DNA from: a virus
IMG/VR virus record: IMGVR_UViG_3300045988_105900
Reading direction: 5' to 3' (one strand)
DNA: 33,704 bases
The position numbers and the translations under genes were made by a program. Of this stretch, positions 1-8,830 are shown one piece after another (within the stretch, counting starts at the first letter, position 1; each line of letters opens with the position of its first letter). Under the pieces are notes generated by a model. It had not been told where the DNA came from, did not search any database, and saw only the letters and a program-made list of their open reading frames with translations.

Positions 1-141
1 AATGAATGTAGGATGTAGGTGTAGGTAATAAGGGTATATAGATTTTTTTTGGGTCTTATATTTATATATATGCGCGCGCGCGCATATACGGCCATCGGGA
101 TGCGAGTGTCAAGTCGAATCGAAAAATGCAAAAAAAAAAAT
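1..141. repeat. Left copy of direct terminal repeat (DTR) or circular-assembly overlap
   Basis: 1..141 is repeated at 33563..33704. The only difference I find is GGG (97-99) versus GGGG (33659-33662). It contains a T8 run, an A11 run and a (GC)6 palindrome. Confidence 0.9.
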
Positions 142-178
142 CCCAGAACACCCGACTACATTTCCTACATCCTACATT
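5..178. repeat. 15-bp inverted repeat (aatgtaggatgtagg at 5-19, cctacatcctacatt at 164-178) carrying clustered TGTAGG hexamers
   Basis: TGTAGG occurs at 7-12, 14-19 and 20-25. The inverted form CCTACA/ACTACA occurs at 155-160, 164-169 and 171-176, and one more TGTAGG sits at 209-214. The left arm is inside the DTR and the right arm is just outside it. Confidence 0.8.
67..88. repeat. 22-bp perfect palindrome tatat(gc)6atata, alternating purine-pyrimidine (Z-DNA or cruciform prone)
   Basis: Read directly: the segment equals its own reverse complement. A second copy lies in the right DTR at about 33629-33650. A similar cacgcgcgcgcatg tract sits at about 33529-33542. Confidence 0.85.
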
Positions 179-280
179 TCGTACGGAAACCAACGATTTC
201 CGACACGCTGTAGGAGAAGTCTCGTAGCGAGTGTGCTAGGATTGAACCTGTTGAAAACAACTATACCACAGGAGAAGACC

Positions 281-2536
281 ATGCGCCACACCTTCCACAA
301 GCCGCAAGACCCGCCCGCGCTCGACATCAAACCCTACAGGAACATTCCCAACGGCCTCGCACGCGAAGTCAACGGCCTCACCATGGCCGTCCAGACCAGC
401 GAATACACGTTCACCGACGCACGACTCCAAACCGTCGCCATGCCCGTCATGGACGGCACCGGCAAGCCACGCTGGGACAACGCCTACTACGACGCCTTCT
501 GGTCACTCAGAAACGGCGACCTGCGCCTCAGCGAAGACGGCGACACCATGTACGCCCGCGACACCGACTGGCTCGGCGGAGACATGCCAAACACATGGCA
601 TTCAATCAGCAGCCTAGCCGAAGAGTTCGGCTTCCCCACCGGCAGCCACGCCATCCGCAACCTCGAACCCATGTTCAAGGCCGAAATGCTCAAACTTCCG
701 CGCATTGCACGCGGAATACTGTTTGGCCACACCGCCTTCCACCCGCAAGGCAAACACACAGTCGTGGTCGAAGAAGCCGCCGAAAACGACGTATACCTGT
801 ACGTGGACAACAGCCCATGGCTGCACGACAGCAAGAAAACCGCCAAACTCGTTGAACAGGCCAACAAGTTCATCGCCCAACTCACCGCAGACGATGCGAG
901 CCGCGAAAACCTCCTCCGCATGTTCGCAACCCCATTCCTCGAACCGCACAAGCATCTCTTCTACGTGTTCTACGGACACGGCGGCGACGGCAAAAGCTTC
1001 CTCCTCGGACGCTTAGGCGACGAATACCCAGACAAGGCCAGCGGCATCGGCATCAAAGCCCTCAACTCGTCAAGCGTGTTCGAAAGCGGCAATGAAGCGT
1101 TGAAACTCGACGGACGCTACTGGGTATACGACGAAGAAGGCGACATGCTCACCGACAAGGACATGGGCATCATCAAACGCATCGCCACCGGCGACACCAT
1201 CCACGCCCGCGGAGTAGGCCGCAACAGCGTCAACGTGCGCTCGAAGGCCACCCTCATCATCGCAAGCAACCATCCGCTCGCCACCAGCAACGGCGACGCC
1301 AACATGCGCCGCCTCGTGCCCGTCATGTTCGCCGGACGCAAGACCCCGCAGCAGATGCAGCCGCTCGCCGACTTCATCGACCAGTACGGCATGACCCCAT
1401 TCATGCTCGCGAGCGCCATCCTCTGGGCCGACAAGCCGTTGGACGATGACATCCACCGCGACATCAGCTTCAACGACAGTGAACAGGAGTTGGACGAACG
1501 CGCCATGTGGATTGTCAACGAAATCTGCGAAAACGGATACGCCGACACGCGCCTCTGCCCATACGTCGGCCACGTCAGCGGCGACACGTACAAGATGCTC
1601 GGCATCGGACTGCGTAGCAAACGCATCGACGGCAAGGTATGCTCCGTCCGCACCGTCATCGACGAAGACCGTTTCGCACCATACCGTGAACGCTACGAAC
1701 AGGAGCTTGAGGTAAGCCAACTTCCACTGCTCGAAGACCTGCCTGTACCAGAAATGCAGACCGACATGGAACGGCGCGTCACCGAATACGGTGAAATGGT
1801 TGACGTCAAAGCGCCCGAAGGCTTCAAACTCCACAGGGAGCCGACCGACCCGGCCAATCCGAAAGCCATCCGCAACTGGAAGAACGGCAGGCAGGAAGAC
1901 ATCGTGGAAATCGGCCAAGGAGACGTATACGCCGTCATCCCACAGCCCGGCCACATCATCATCGACATGGACGCGCCCAAGGACGAGCACGGCCGCCACG
2001 GATACGACATCCTCCGTCCCATGCTCGCCCCGACCCTCATGGTGCACACGCCGACCCACGGCGGCATCCACGCCTACTACAGGCTCCCGGAAGGATGGAC
2101 CGGCAAGCTCAAGAACACCAACCATGCTGACGGAATCCCCGTGGATGTGAAGGTGGACGGGCGCGGCTACGTGCTCGGAGCCGGTTCCAACATCGACGGC
2201 ATCGGCTTCTACCGGCTCGTAGGAGACGAACTCGACGTGCAGGAAGCACCGCTCGCACTCCTCAACTGGCTCGTCGAACATGGATACGGCGTCAAACCAA
2301 TTCCGAAGCCGACCGCAGTCAACGAGAGCGCGCCGCGCAACGGAAGGCCAGACCTCACGCCAGTGCCAGAAGGACGCCGCAACGACACGCTATACCGCTG
2401 GGTTTGGGGACGCCTCCACAACCATGAGGACAACGAAACCAACATCCACGACGAACTCAGGCTCCGCGGACACGTCAGCGGGCTTGGAGACGCGGAAATC
2501 GAACGCATCTGGCAGAGCGTGAAGGAAACCGCATGA
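281..2536 (+). CDS. Replicative SF3 (D5/P4-type) helicase fused to a C-terminal AEP primase-polymerase and a PriCT-like tail
   Basis: AGGAG at 270-274 lies 6 nt before ATG 281 (the track ORF starts at GTG 233). Helicase motifs: Walker A YGHGGDGKSFLL (nt ~974-997), Walker B VYDEEGD, IIASNH. AEP motifs: IIIDMDAP (nt ~1955-1978), HGGIHAYYRLP, VDVKVDGRGYVLGAGS. C-terminal RNDTLYRWVWGRL...DAEIERIWQSV. Confidence 0.85.
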   Translation: MRHTFHKPQDPPALDIKPYRNIPNGLAREVNGLTMAVQTSEYTFTDARLQTVAMPVMDGTGKPRWDNAYYDAFWSLRNGDLRLSEDGDTMYARDTDWLGGDMPNTWHSISSLAEEFGFPTGSHAIRNLEPMFKAEMLKLPRIARGILFGHTAFHPQGKHTVVVEEAAENDVYLYVDNSPWLHDSKKTAKLVEQANKFIAQLTADDASRENLLRMFATPFLEPHKHLFYVFYGHGGDGKSFLLGRLGDEYPDKASGIGIKALNSSSVFESGNEALKLDGRYWVYDEEGDMLTDKDMGIIKRIATGDTIHARGVGRNSVNVRSKATLIIASNHPLATSNGDANMRRLVPVMFAGRKTPQQMQPLADFIDQYGMTPFMLASAILWADKPLDDDIHRDISFNDSEQELDERAMWIVNEICENGYADTRLCPYVGHVSGDTYKMLGIGLRSKRIDGKVCSVRTVIDEDRFAPYRERYEQELEVSQLPLLEDLPVPEMQTDMERRVTEYGEMVDVKAPEGFKLHREPTDPANPKAIRNWKNGRQEDIVEIGQGDVYAVIPQPGHIIIDMDAPKDEHGRHGYDILRPMLAPTLMVHTPTHGGIHAYYRLPEGWTGKLKNTNHADGIPVDVKVDGRGYVLGAGSNIDGIGFYRLVGDELDVQEAPLALLNWLVEHGYGVKPIPKPTAVNESAPRNGRPDLTPVPEGRRNDTLYRWVWGRLHNHEDNETNIHDELRLRGHVSGLGDAEIERIWQSVKETA

Positions 2537-2829
2537 AAAACCCGCTGCAACGGTTCTGCGAGACTGCGAAACGGCATGGGGCGGACGTGACAATCCGCCC
2601 CACCGGACGCGGGCTATTATGCGACTTCGAATGCCCGAAATGCGGACGCGTCCTCGCCGCACTCGACATGACGGCAGGACGCGTCAACGTGGTCGGCCAT
2701 CGGATTAGAATAGAAAGCGCGCACGGCATCGAAAAAGCCTGCGCCATCATCGAACGAACCCTAGGAAAGGAGCACGAATGCGCGACCTGTACACCACCAT
2801 CGCCTACGGAATCATCGCAATCACACTGA
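2533..2829 (+). CDS. Hypothetical protein with Cys pairs (CPKCG ... CATC)
   Basis: ATGA overlap with the primase stop. No recognisable family. The 3' end overlaps the next ORF by 52 nt, so the true end or the neighbour's start is uncertain. Confidence 0.45.
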   Translation: MKNPLQRFCETAKRHGADVTIRPTGRGLLCDFECPKCGRVLAALDMTAGRVNVVGHRIRIESAHGIEKACAIIERTLGKEHECATCTPPSPTESSQSH

Positions 2830-2987
2830 CCGCCATGCTCGTATTCGCATGGTATTCCGACTATGCGAACACGCCCGTGCATTACACGACGATACAGACC
2901 GTGGATGAGGGAGGCTACGAACACGACTGCCTCGTAGCGACCTACAAGAAGGACATGACGATTGACTGCATCCATCCAAACGATTGA
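2778..2987 (+). CDS. Small membrane protein (one TM helix)
   Basis: AAGGAG lies before ATG 2778. Hydrophobic segment YGIIAITLTAMLVFAWY. Confidence 0.5.
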   Translation: MRDLYTTIAYGIIAITLTAMLVFAWYSDYANTPVHYTTIQTVDEGGYEHDCLVATYKKDMTIDCIHPND

Positions 2988-3159
2988 AAACCAAGCCCGC
3001 ACCATCCAAGAGTCGCTCGGACGGCAACTCGACGCGCTGCCAGACGATTACGACAATCCGAAAACGCTGAAAGCGCGAATGGATCTGCGCAGGGCGTATA
3101 ATGCTGCTACGGACATCGTGGAACTCACGATGCGGTTAAGATTGGAAAGATTGGTATGA
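2962..3159 (+). CDS. Hypothetical helical protein
   Basis: TTG start. The ORF fills the gap and is coupled (ATGA) to the next gene. Confidence 0.4.
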   Translation: MTASIQTIENQARTIQESLGRQLDALPDDYDNPKTLKARMDLRRAYNAATDIVELTMRLRLERLV

Positions 3160-3644
3160 ACTTCAAACGACACTTGAATCAGCGAATCCGACTAGTGGAA
3201 GGAATGGACCCGAATGCGACCGGTACCGGAATGGGAGGCTCTGAAGGCCAGACTGGAAGCCCAGAAGCCACGACACAGCAGGAGCCGACAATCACCCAAG
3301 CCCAGCTCGACGCCATCATCAGCCGAAAGCTCGCCAAGGAACGCGAAAAGCTCGAAGCGGCCCAGAAAGCAGCCGAAGACGCCAGAAAATTAGCCGAGGA
3401 AACCGAAGCGCGCGTCAAGGAAGCCCGCAACAAGGGAATCAGCCTTGGCCTGTTGCAGGCGAAGCGCAACGCCATCGCCGAACAGTACGGGCTGAGCACC
3501 GAACTCCTGCCGGAAGACGAAACACGACTCGACGAATTCGAAAAGCAGCTCGCCGCAAGCATCAACAGCCGCACGCGCGTCACGCCGGTGACCGTCGAAC
3601 CGACCGCCAAGACGCCCGACTGGATGGGTGCAGCTCATGCGTGA
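3156..3644 (+). CDS. Scaffolding-like protein (DUF4355-like)
   Basis: Low-complexity N-terminus followed by TQAQLDAIISRKLAKEREKLEAAQKAAEDARKLAEE, a coiled coil typical of phage capsid scaffold proteins. Confidence 0.5.
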   Translation: MNFKRHLNQRIRLVEGMDPNATGTGMGGSEGQTGSPEATTQQEPTITQAQLDAIISRKLAKEREKLEAAQKAAEDARKLAEETEARVKEARNKGISLGLLQAKRNAIAEQYGLSTELLPEDETRLDEFEKQLAASINSRTRVTPVTVEPTAKTPDWMGAAHA

Positions 3645-3834
3645 CGTCCGAATCCTCAGCATGGTGATACGCGATGAAAACGTTCCGGCGACCCTCTCAA
3701 TCATCGACGATGATGTGGTGGTAACCACGCCAACGGAGTTGGACGAAAGCGAGAAGGACAAGCTGGTAAAACGTTTTGCCGAGCGCATATTGCAGCTGGG
3801 ACTCGCAATGCACGACTGGAAGGAAAAAGATTGA
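3628..3834 (+). CDS. Hypothetical protein
   Basis: GTG 3628, or ATG 3637 (ATGCGTGA overlap with the upstream stop). TTGA-coupled to the next gene. Confidence 0.45.
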   Translation: MQLMRDVRILSMVIRDENVPATLSIIDDDVVVTTPTELDESEKDKLVKRFAERILQLGLAMHDWKEKD

Positions 3835-4250
3835 CCGACGAACTGAAGCCGCTCGCCACCGTCGAAGACACCGAAGCATACCTACGTCACAAAGTGCCCG
3901 TCAACCTCGTGGACTATGAGGAACGCAAACGCGGAGCCGCATCCAACGTGCTCCGCATGATGTACCGCAACCAAGGCGATGACTTGGACAAACAAGTCAA
4001 CGAAGACCCGCTCACCCACCAAATGGTCGCCGACATCATCGGAGTCAGCGTCGCGCAGGACGTAAGCCGCAAGGAATCCATGTCCGACAGCGACACCGAT
4101 TTGAGCGCGTTCAAAACGTTCACGCAGACGGCGGGCGGCTACAGTTTCACCGGCGAATGGCGAGGCAACACGGACGATGTGTTCTTCACCAACAACCAGC
4201 TCAAACAGCTGGGCGTCGGGCGCGCCACCATAGCGAGGTTCCAACTCTAA
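3831..4250 (+). CDS. Head-tail adaptor (gp6-like connector)
   Basis: TTG start after AAGGAAAAAG. N-terminal LATVEDTEAYLRHKVP resembles the 'tleeaKahLRi' opening of the Phage_connect_1 family. Position is next to the other neck genes. Confidence 0.5.
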   Translation: MTDELKPLATVEDTEAYLRHKVPVNLVDYEERKRGAASNVLRMMYRNQGDDLDKQVNEDPLTHQMVADIIGVSVAQDVSRKESMSDSDTDLSAFKTFTQTAGGYSFTGEWRGNTDDVFFTNNQLKQLGVGRATIARFQL

Positions 4251-4558
4251 TGCACTACGGACTCAAAACCCACGAAATCACCGTCACCACCGGTGAAAGC
4301 GAATACACGCTCAACGCGCTCGTAACCGCGAACACTACAAGCGAAGACACCGGCACCTACGACAACATGACCGAAGTGAACTCGCTCACCATCCACGTCA
4401 ACACACCGGACACGCCCCCGGAAATCGTCGGCGGAGAACTCGAATACCACGGAAACCCCTACCGCGTCACCTCCATCAAACCGCCCATCGACCCCGAAAA
4501 CAGGGTCATGTTCAACCCGTTCAAATGGAGCTTCAACGCGAAGCAGGTGCAATACTAA
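4250..4558 (+). CDS. Head-closure / head-tail joining protein
   Basis: TAATG coupling at 4248-4252 (the track ORF starts earlier, at 4157). About 100 aa and beta-rich, with ELEYHGNPYRVTSIKP resembling the conserved 'g..Y.I..v' block. Confidence 0.45.
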   Translation: MHYGLKTHEITVTTGESEYTLNALVTANTTSEDTGTYDNMTEVNSLTIHVNTPDTPPEIVGGELEYHGNPYRVTSIKPPIDPENRVMFNPFKWSFNAKQVQY

Positions 4559-4830
4559 TGGCAAGACTAAAAGGCGCGAAAATCATGGTCGCCGCACCGA
4601 ACGCGGCAACCAACCTCGTACTACAGTCGGCAGGATTCCAACAGGAATCCCGCCGCGTAGCATCGCAAATCATGCCACAATTGCGAATGGACTCATACAG
4701 GGACAAACCGCCAATCATGACCACATACCGCACGCTCAGTGCATTCAACGGAACGCATCGAGCCGGAACGGAAATCAAATACCATAAGACGCCGCATTCA
4801 GGCGACACGCTGAAAGGATTCGGATTGTGA
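4558..4830 (+). CDS. Neck/tail-attachment protein (HK97 gp10-like, tentative)
   Basis: TAATG coupling at 4556-4560. Called from size and position only. Confidence 0.35.
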   Translation: MARLKGAKIMVAAPNAATNLVLQSAGFQQESRRVASQIMPQLRMDSYRDKPPIMTTYRTLSAFNGTHRAGTEIKYHKTPHSGDTLKGFGL

Positions 4831-5204
4831 GCAAAGACAATGAAATCGTCGAAGACATCATCAACGGACTGTCCCAACGGCTCAACATGCGCGTATACGA
4901 CAAGTATCCGACCGTGAAAAACCCCAGCCAGTATCCGCTCATCATCGTCACCCGCCAGAACGCGTCCGACATCACACCATACATCCGCCACTTGGACGTG
5001 GCAATCACCGTAGTCACACGCGAACTCACCGGCGAAAACGACAACACGCTCAGCGCCGAAATCGGCGACGCACTGACCGACTGGTATAATCAAAGCCTCT
5101 GGGACATCATGGGCGCACCACTGCTCAACACCACCGACGCCCAGCCGGTCAAAGACGGACGAATATCCACCGTCTACAACTACCAGATGGAGTATCTGAG
5201 TTGA
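4827..5204 (+). CDS. Tail terminator / tail completion protein (DUF3168-like)
   Basis: GTGA coupling. IVEDIINGLSQRLNMRVYDKYPTVKNPSQYPLIIVT resembles the tail-terminator N-terminal pattern. Confidence 0.45.
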   Translation: MSKDNEIVEDIINGLSQRLNMRVYDKYPTVKNPSQYPLIIVTRQNASDITPYIRHLDVAITVVTRELTGENDNTLSAEIGDALTDWYNQSLWDIMGAPLLNTTDAQPVKDGRISTVYNYQMEYLS

Positions 5205-5704
5205 AGAGCACACAGGAGTCGGTCGAAGACCTCATGGAAATACTTTCACCGACAGCCAAAGACATCATCACCGACGAACAGGTGCGACAAGCCCAAGTCG
5301 CCGCCAGCCGCGGCGACAAGCACATGGCCGGCAAAGTCTTGGGAGACATCTGGAATCAGGTCGCGGAAAAATCCGCAGGATTGGGGCTAGAACGACTCGA
5401 CTCCGACAGCTTCGGCAAGAAAATCGGATGGCTCCTAAGCCAGCAGCATTCCGAAAAAACAGTCAGGGACTTCCTCGCGAAATACAAGCGCGAACTGGCC
5501 GTACAGCCAATGCAGGAGGCGACCGCAAACCTGTTCGCCATCGACTCGACAACGGAAGTCGTACGCGAATCCGTAGGTGAAACATGCTCATGGTGCCTCG
5601 AACGGTGCGGCATCTGGCATCCCTACGACGCCAACCACTACGGCGTCTGGGTAAGACACGCCGGATGCGACTGCAAAATCTACGTAAGGAACAGCCTCAC
5701 ATGA
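5201..5704 (+). CDS. Short MuF/SPP1 gp7-like minor head protein
   Basis: TTGA coupling. C-terminal CSWCLERCG...WVRHAGCDCKIYV matches the C..C / H..C.C ending of Phage_Mu_F-type proteins. At 167 aa it is shorter than usual. Confidence 0.45.
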   Translation: MKSTQESVEDLMEILSPTAKDIITDEQVRQAQVAASRGDKHMAGKVLGDIWNQVAEKSAGLGLERLDSDSFGKKIGWLLSQQHSEKTVRDFLAKYKRELAVQPMQEATANLFAIDSTTEVVRESVGETCSWCLERCGIWHPYDANHYGVWVRHAGCDCKIYVRNSLT

Positions 5705-5850
5705 CGCCAACCATCAACAACACCGACCAGCAATACCATGAAAGCCCAACGCGACACGCCATCATGAAAGCCGAAATGGTACGATGGTATCGAGAACAAC
5801 GACGCCAAATGGCAGAGCAGTTAAGGAGGATTTATGGCAGGGAAAACTGA
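5701..5850 (+). CDS. Hypothetical 49-aa protein
   Basis: ATGA coupling at 5701. MTPTINNTDQQ...; it falls below the track cutoff from this start. Confidence 0.35.
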   Translation: MTPTINNTDQQYHESPTRHAIMKAEMVRWYREQRRQMAEQLRRIYGREN

Positions 5851-6145
5851 AGAAGCCCTCTCAAGCCGCATGGAACAAGTCAACGGACTCATCGACAAAG
5901 CCTACTCAGACATGAAAGAGTACGCGCGAAAAGCCGAAACAAACGACGATGACCGCGAATACAACATAAGCATGGCAACCAACGCGCAGAGAAACTACGT
6001 CAGCTTCATGAACCTGCTCATGACCATGACCAAAAACTTCGACGAAGCGGTGAAAGTCGATTCGCACAAAAGCAAGACCACAGCCGCCAAAACACCCAAG
6101 ACCACCTTGCAGAAACTCGTAGCGAAGGAAGCGAAACGCGCATGA
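5834..6145 (+). CDS. Hypothetical helical protein with a basic tail (possible small terminase candidate)
   Basis: AGGAGG lies before ATG 5834. Predicted all-helical with a Lys-rich C-terminus. No recognisable family. Confidence 0.4.
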   Translation: MAGKTEEALSSRMEQVNGLIDKAYSDMKEYARKAETNDDDREYNISMATNAQRNYVSFMNLLMTMTKNFDEAVKVDSHKSKTTAAKTPKTTLQKLVAKEAKRA

Positions 6146-7008
6146 CACTCACCATCGTGGACGAACAGACCATCTCATTCCCATGGATAGAACTCGTCAA
6201 AAACGCATACTCCATGCGAGTGCGAGTCAGCAACTTCAGTGCGGTCGGCAAACGCAGCTTCACCCGCATACTCGCCAAAGCCATCGGCGGCGTCAACTCC
6301 TACTTCCTCATGCAGGACGGAGACCCGCTCAGCGCCGACTACCTTCCAACGGCAGACCTGCCATTGGAGAAAGTCGCGGCAGTAGGCTTGGACGGGCGAT
6401 GCTATGACGAAAACGCCGAGGAAATCAACGAAAACCTCCGATGCCTCACCCTCAGCCACGCGCCAGTCACCGACCAAGCAGTACTATTGGCACAGCGCGC
6501 CATGGCCATCGAAGGCCTCATCTCCCAAAACCTCGAACACCTCATGCTGCCCGAGCCAGTCGTGGTAGGCACATCACCAGACGTGGTAATCAAAGCCGAC
6601 CCGAACAAGAACCCAGCCAACTGGACGAAATTCGACGCCAACGATGACCACGACACCATCGTTCGCCCGGAAGTCAAAAGACTCAGCCAATGGGACAACG
6701 GACAGCTCAAAACCCTCCTGCAAAACACGGCATTGAGCTTCCAAATGGAAACCGGACTCCCCCCGCAGGACGCGCAGCTTCTCGACACGCTCGGAGCGTC
6801 AACCCAATCATTGGTGTCAAACCGTGAAAGCTTCGTAAGCCGCACCTACATCATCAAACAGGATTTGAACGCGGTGTTCGAACCATTGGGCATCACATTG
6901 GATTACGAGCTCACGTTCCCGCAGACCGCGCAGGACATCGCATCCATCGGCGACGCCTACGGAAAGGGCGCAAACGCCGACATCCTCAAGAAATATCAGG
7001 TGGTGTGA
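6142..7008 (+). CDS. Portal-like protein (unusually short, 288 aa)
   Basis: Immediately upstream of TerL. The C-terminal block FQMETGLPPQDAQLLDTLGASTQSLVSNRESFVSRTYIIKQDL resembles the conserved 'a.a.GvP..ll....s..s...r..F' portal core. Confidence 0.4.
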   Translation: MTLTIVDEQTISFPWIELVKNAYSMRVRVSNFSAVGKRSFTRILAKAIGGVNSYFLMQDGDPLSADYLPTADLPLEKVAAVGLDGRCYDENAEEINENLRCLTLSHAPVTDQAVLLAQRAMAIEGLISQNLEHLMLPEPVVVGTSPDVVIKADPNKNPANWTKFDANDDHDTIVRPEVKRLSQWDNGQLKTLLQNTALSFQMETGLPPQDAQLLDTLGASTQSLVSNRESFVSRTYIIKQDLNAVFEPLGITLDYELTFPQTAQDIASIGDAYGKGANADILKKYQVV

Positions 7009-7009
7009 C

Positions 7010-8458
7010 ATGCTGGTGAAGAACCCAAACTGGAGGGCTAACGTACGCCCAACATCCGACGTGGCAATCATGGCCGCGGAATACGTGAACTGGGGCCGCG
7101 GAAACGCAATCCTCCCATTCCAAGTCGAATTCCTCAACAACGCCTTCCAACGCAAGAAGGACGGCACTTGGAAATACAAGCGCGTCGCATTGAACATGCC
7201 GCGACAGAACGGCAAGACCAAAATCCTCACCGCACCAATCCTCTACTACCTGTTCGTACTCGGCCTGAACGTGCTCGTCACCGCGCACGAGCAGATAGCC
7301 GCCAACAAAATCATGGAGGATTTGAAAGACGCCATCGACTCGAATTCAGAACTGAAGGCCGAAGTCACGCATTTCAGCACCACCATGGGCCGCGAGCGCC
7401 TACAGTTGAGGAATGGCGCGTTCGTCCGGTTCCGCTCCCGCAAGAGCGCTTCCGCGGGCATGGGCGGCACGTTCGATTTGGTTGTCTTCGACGAGGCGCA
7501 GGAGCTACGCTCAGAATACGAGGCGATGATTTCCAAGACCCTGAAGACGCGCCGCATGGCGATGATAATCTACACGGGCACCCCGTTCCTCCCATCGTCC
7601 ATCGGAGACACGTTCAACGTGTTCCTCGACAACGCAGAAAACGACGATATGGCGTATGCGGTGCGTTATGGCATCGATGACGAGACCGCGGACATCGAGG
7701 ATGAGCAGTTGTGGGCGCTCACCAACCCGCTCTACCCGGACGTGATTCCACGCGAAGCGTTCCTCACCGACGTGGCGATAGCCAAACAGGGTGGCGCGGA
7801 CGGCCTCATCGACTTCCGCATTCAAGACTTGGGCCTGTGGTGGGCGGACAGCATTCCGCCAGCAATCCCAATGGACTTGTGGGACAGCGCATATTCCGAC
7901 CTCCAACATGACCGCGATACGCTCGTCTACGCGCTCACCTTCGACCCGGCAACCAGCACGCTCGCCCTGTCCGTGGCTGCGAGCACCGAAGAGGTGACGG
8001 TCGGCTCGCAGCATTACGACAAGTGGGCGTACATCATCGGCGAAATCGTGGACGAGCGCCCCACCACCGAATCATGGCAGTGGGTCGTGGACGAATTGAA
8101 GACACGCCCACGCAAGACCACGCTCATCTTGGACGCTGGCGGCTTGAACAATCCGATAAGGGACATGCTTCCGCGCGGATTGAACGTGGTCCAGCTGACC
8201 GGCACCGAATTCCTCGCATCCCAGCAGGGATTCCTCGACCTGTTGAACGAGGGACGGTTCAAGCATACGAACAATCCGCAACTGACCGCAGAAGTGCAGA
8301 ACGCGCAGAAGCTCAAATCCGGTTCGGATGACCAGTGGAAGTTCGCTCCGATACGCAAGACCGAAACCACGGCTGGACTGAAGGGAGTGTCCATCGCCGC
8401 ATGGTATCGCGGCGTCAACCGTCCGAAGGAACGTCAGGTCAGGGAGGTGATAGCGTAA
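7010..8458 (+). CDS. terL: Terminase large subunit
   Basis: Walker A MPRQNGKTK, Walker B DLVVFDEAQE, an ATPase-then-nuclease layout and a length of 482 aa. Confidence 0.9.
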   Translation: MLVKNPNWRANVRPTSDVAIMAAEYVNWGRGNAILPFQVEFLNNAFQRKKDGTWKYKRVALNMPRQNGKTKILTAPILYYLFVLGLNVLVTAHEQIAANKIMEDLKDAIDSNSELKAEVTHFSTTMGRERLQLRNGAFVRFRSRKSASAGMGGTFDLVVFDEAQELRSEYEAMISKTLKTRRMAMIIYTGTPFLPSSIGDTFNVFLDNAENDDMAYAVRYGIDDETADIEDEQLWALTNPLYPDVIPREAFLTDVAIAKQGGADGLIDFRIQDLGLWWADSIPPAIPMDLWDSAYSDLQHDRDTLVYALTFDPATSTLALSVAASTEEVTVGSQHYDKWAYIIGEIVDERPTTESWQWVVDELKTRPRKTTLILDAGGLNNPIRDMLPRGLNVVQLTGTEFLASQQGFLDLLNEGRFKHTNNPQLTAEVQNAQKLKSGSDDQWKFAPIRKTETTAGLKGVSIAAWYRGVNRPKERQVREVIA

Positions 8459-8742
8459 TGGGCAAGGATACCGGACTCTACCGCCGCAACCGCACCATCC
8501 TGCGCGAACGCACCAAACGTACTGGAGCGCCATGCTATTATTGCGGCGAACCGTTCTACTGGGGTCGTAACACTGCGCATCCTCTGGCGTTCACCGCAGA
8601 CCATGTGATACCGCGCGCCGCCGGTGGAAGCGACAGGATGGACAATCTCGTTCCAGCGCACATGCAGTGCAACCGCGCCAAGTCGGACCATATAGCAAGT
8701 CCGGCGACACGCCGAACGCGAACTGCGACGAGAAGGTGGTAG
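8458..8742 (+). CDS. HNH endonuclease
   Basis: TAATG coupling to terL with GGGAGGTG as RBS. CYYCGEP...ADHVIPRAAGGSDRMDNLVPAHMQCNRAKSD is a classical HNH motif. Confidence 0.9.
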   Translation: MGKDTGLYRRNRTILRERTKRTGAPCYYCGEPFYWGRNTAHPLAFTADHVIPRAAGGSDRMDNLVPAHMQCNRAKSDHIASPATRRTRTATRRW

Positions 8743-8800
8743 AATAAGAACTGTTGCGCAGCAATGTGCAGCTCCTCTCTTGTGATTCTGGTTTGCACAG

Positions 8801-8830
8801 CACCCCGTTTGACGAAAGTCAGACGGGGTG
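8801..8830 (+). terminator. Hairpin after HNH (caccccgt / acggggtg); it overlaps a TTGACG-N17-TATGCT promoter-like sequence
   Basis: 8-bp perfect stem at 8801-8808 / 8823-8830. TTGACG at 8809-8814 and TATGCT 17 nt downstream. No clear T tract, so its role is ambiguous. Confidence 0.4.

Noticed and set aside
1070-2281. Antisense or alternative-frame ORFs inside long genes, e.g. 1070..2281(-), 9698..10798(-), 21029..21892(-), 24567..25100(+), 12201..12644(+)
   Set aside because: They lie entirely within genes that carry strong family motifs on the other strand or frame. Their translations are Arg/His/Gly/Val-rich and motif-free, which is the expected result of high GC content.
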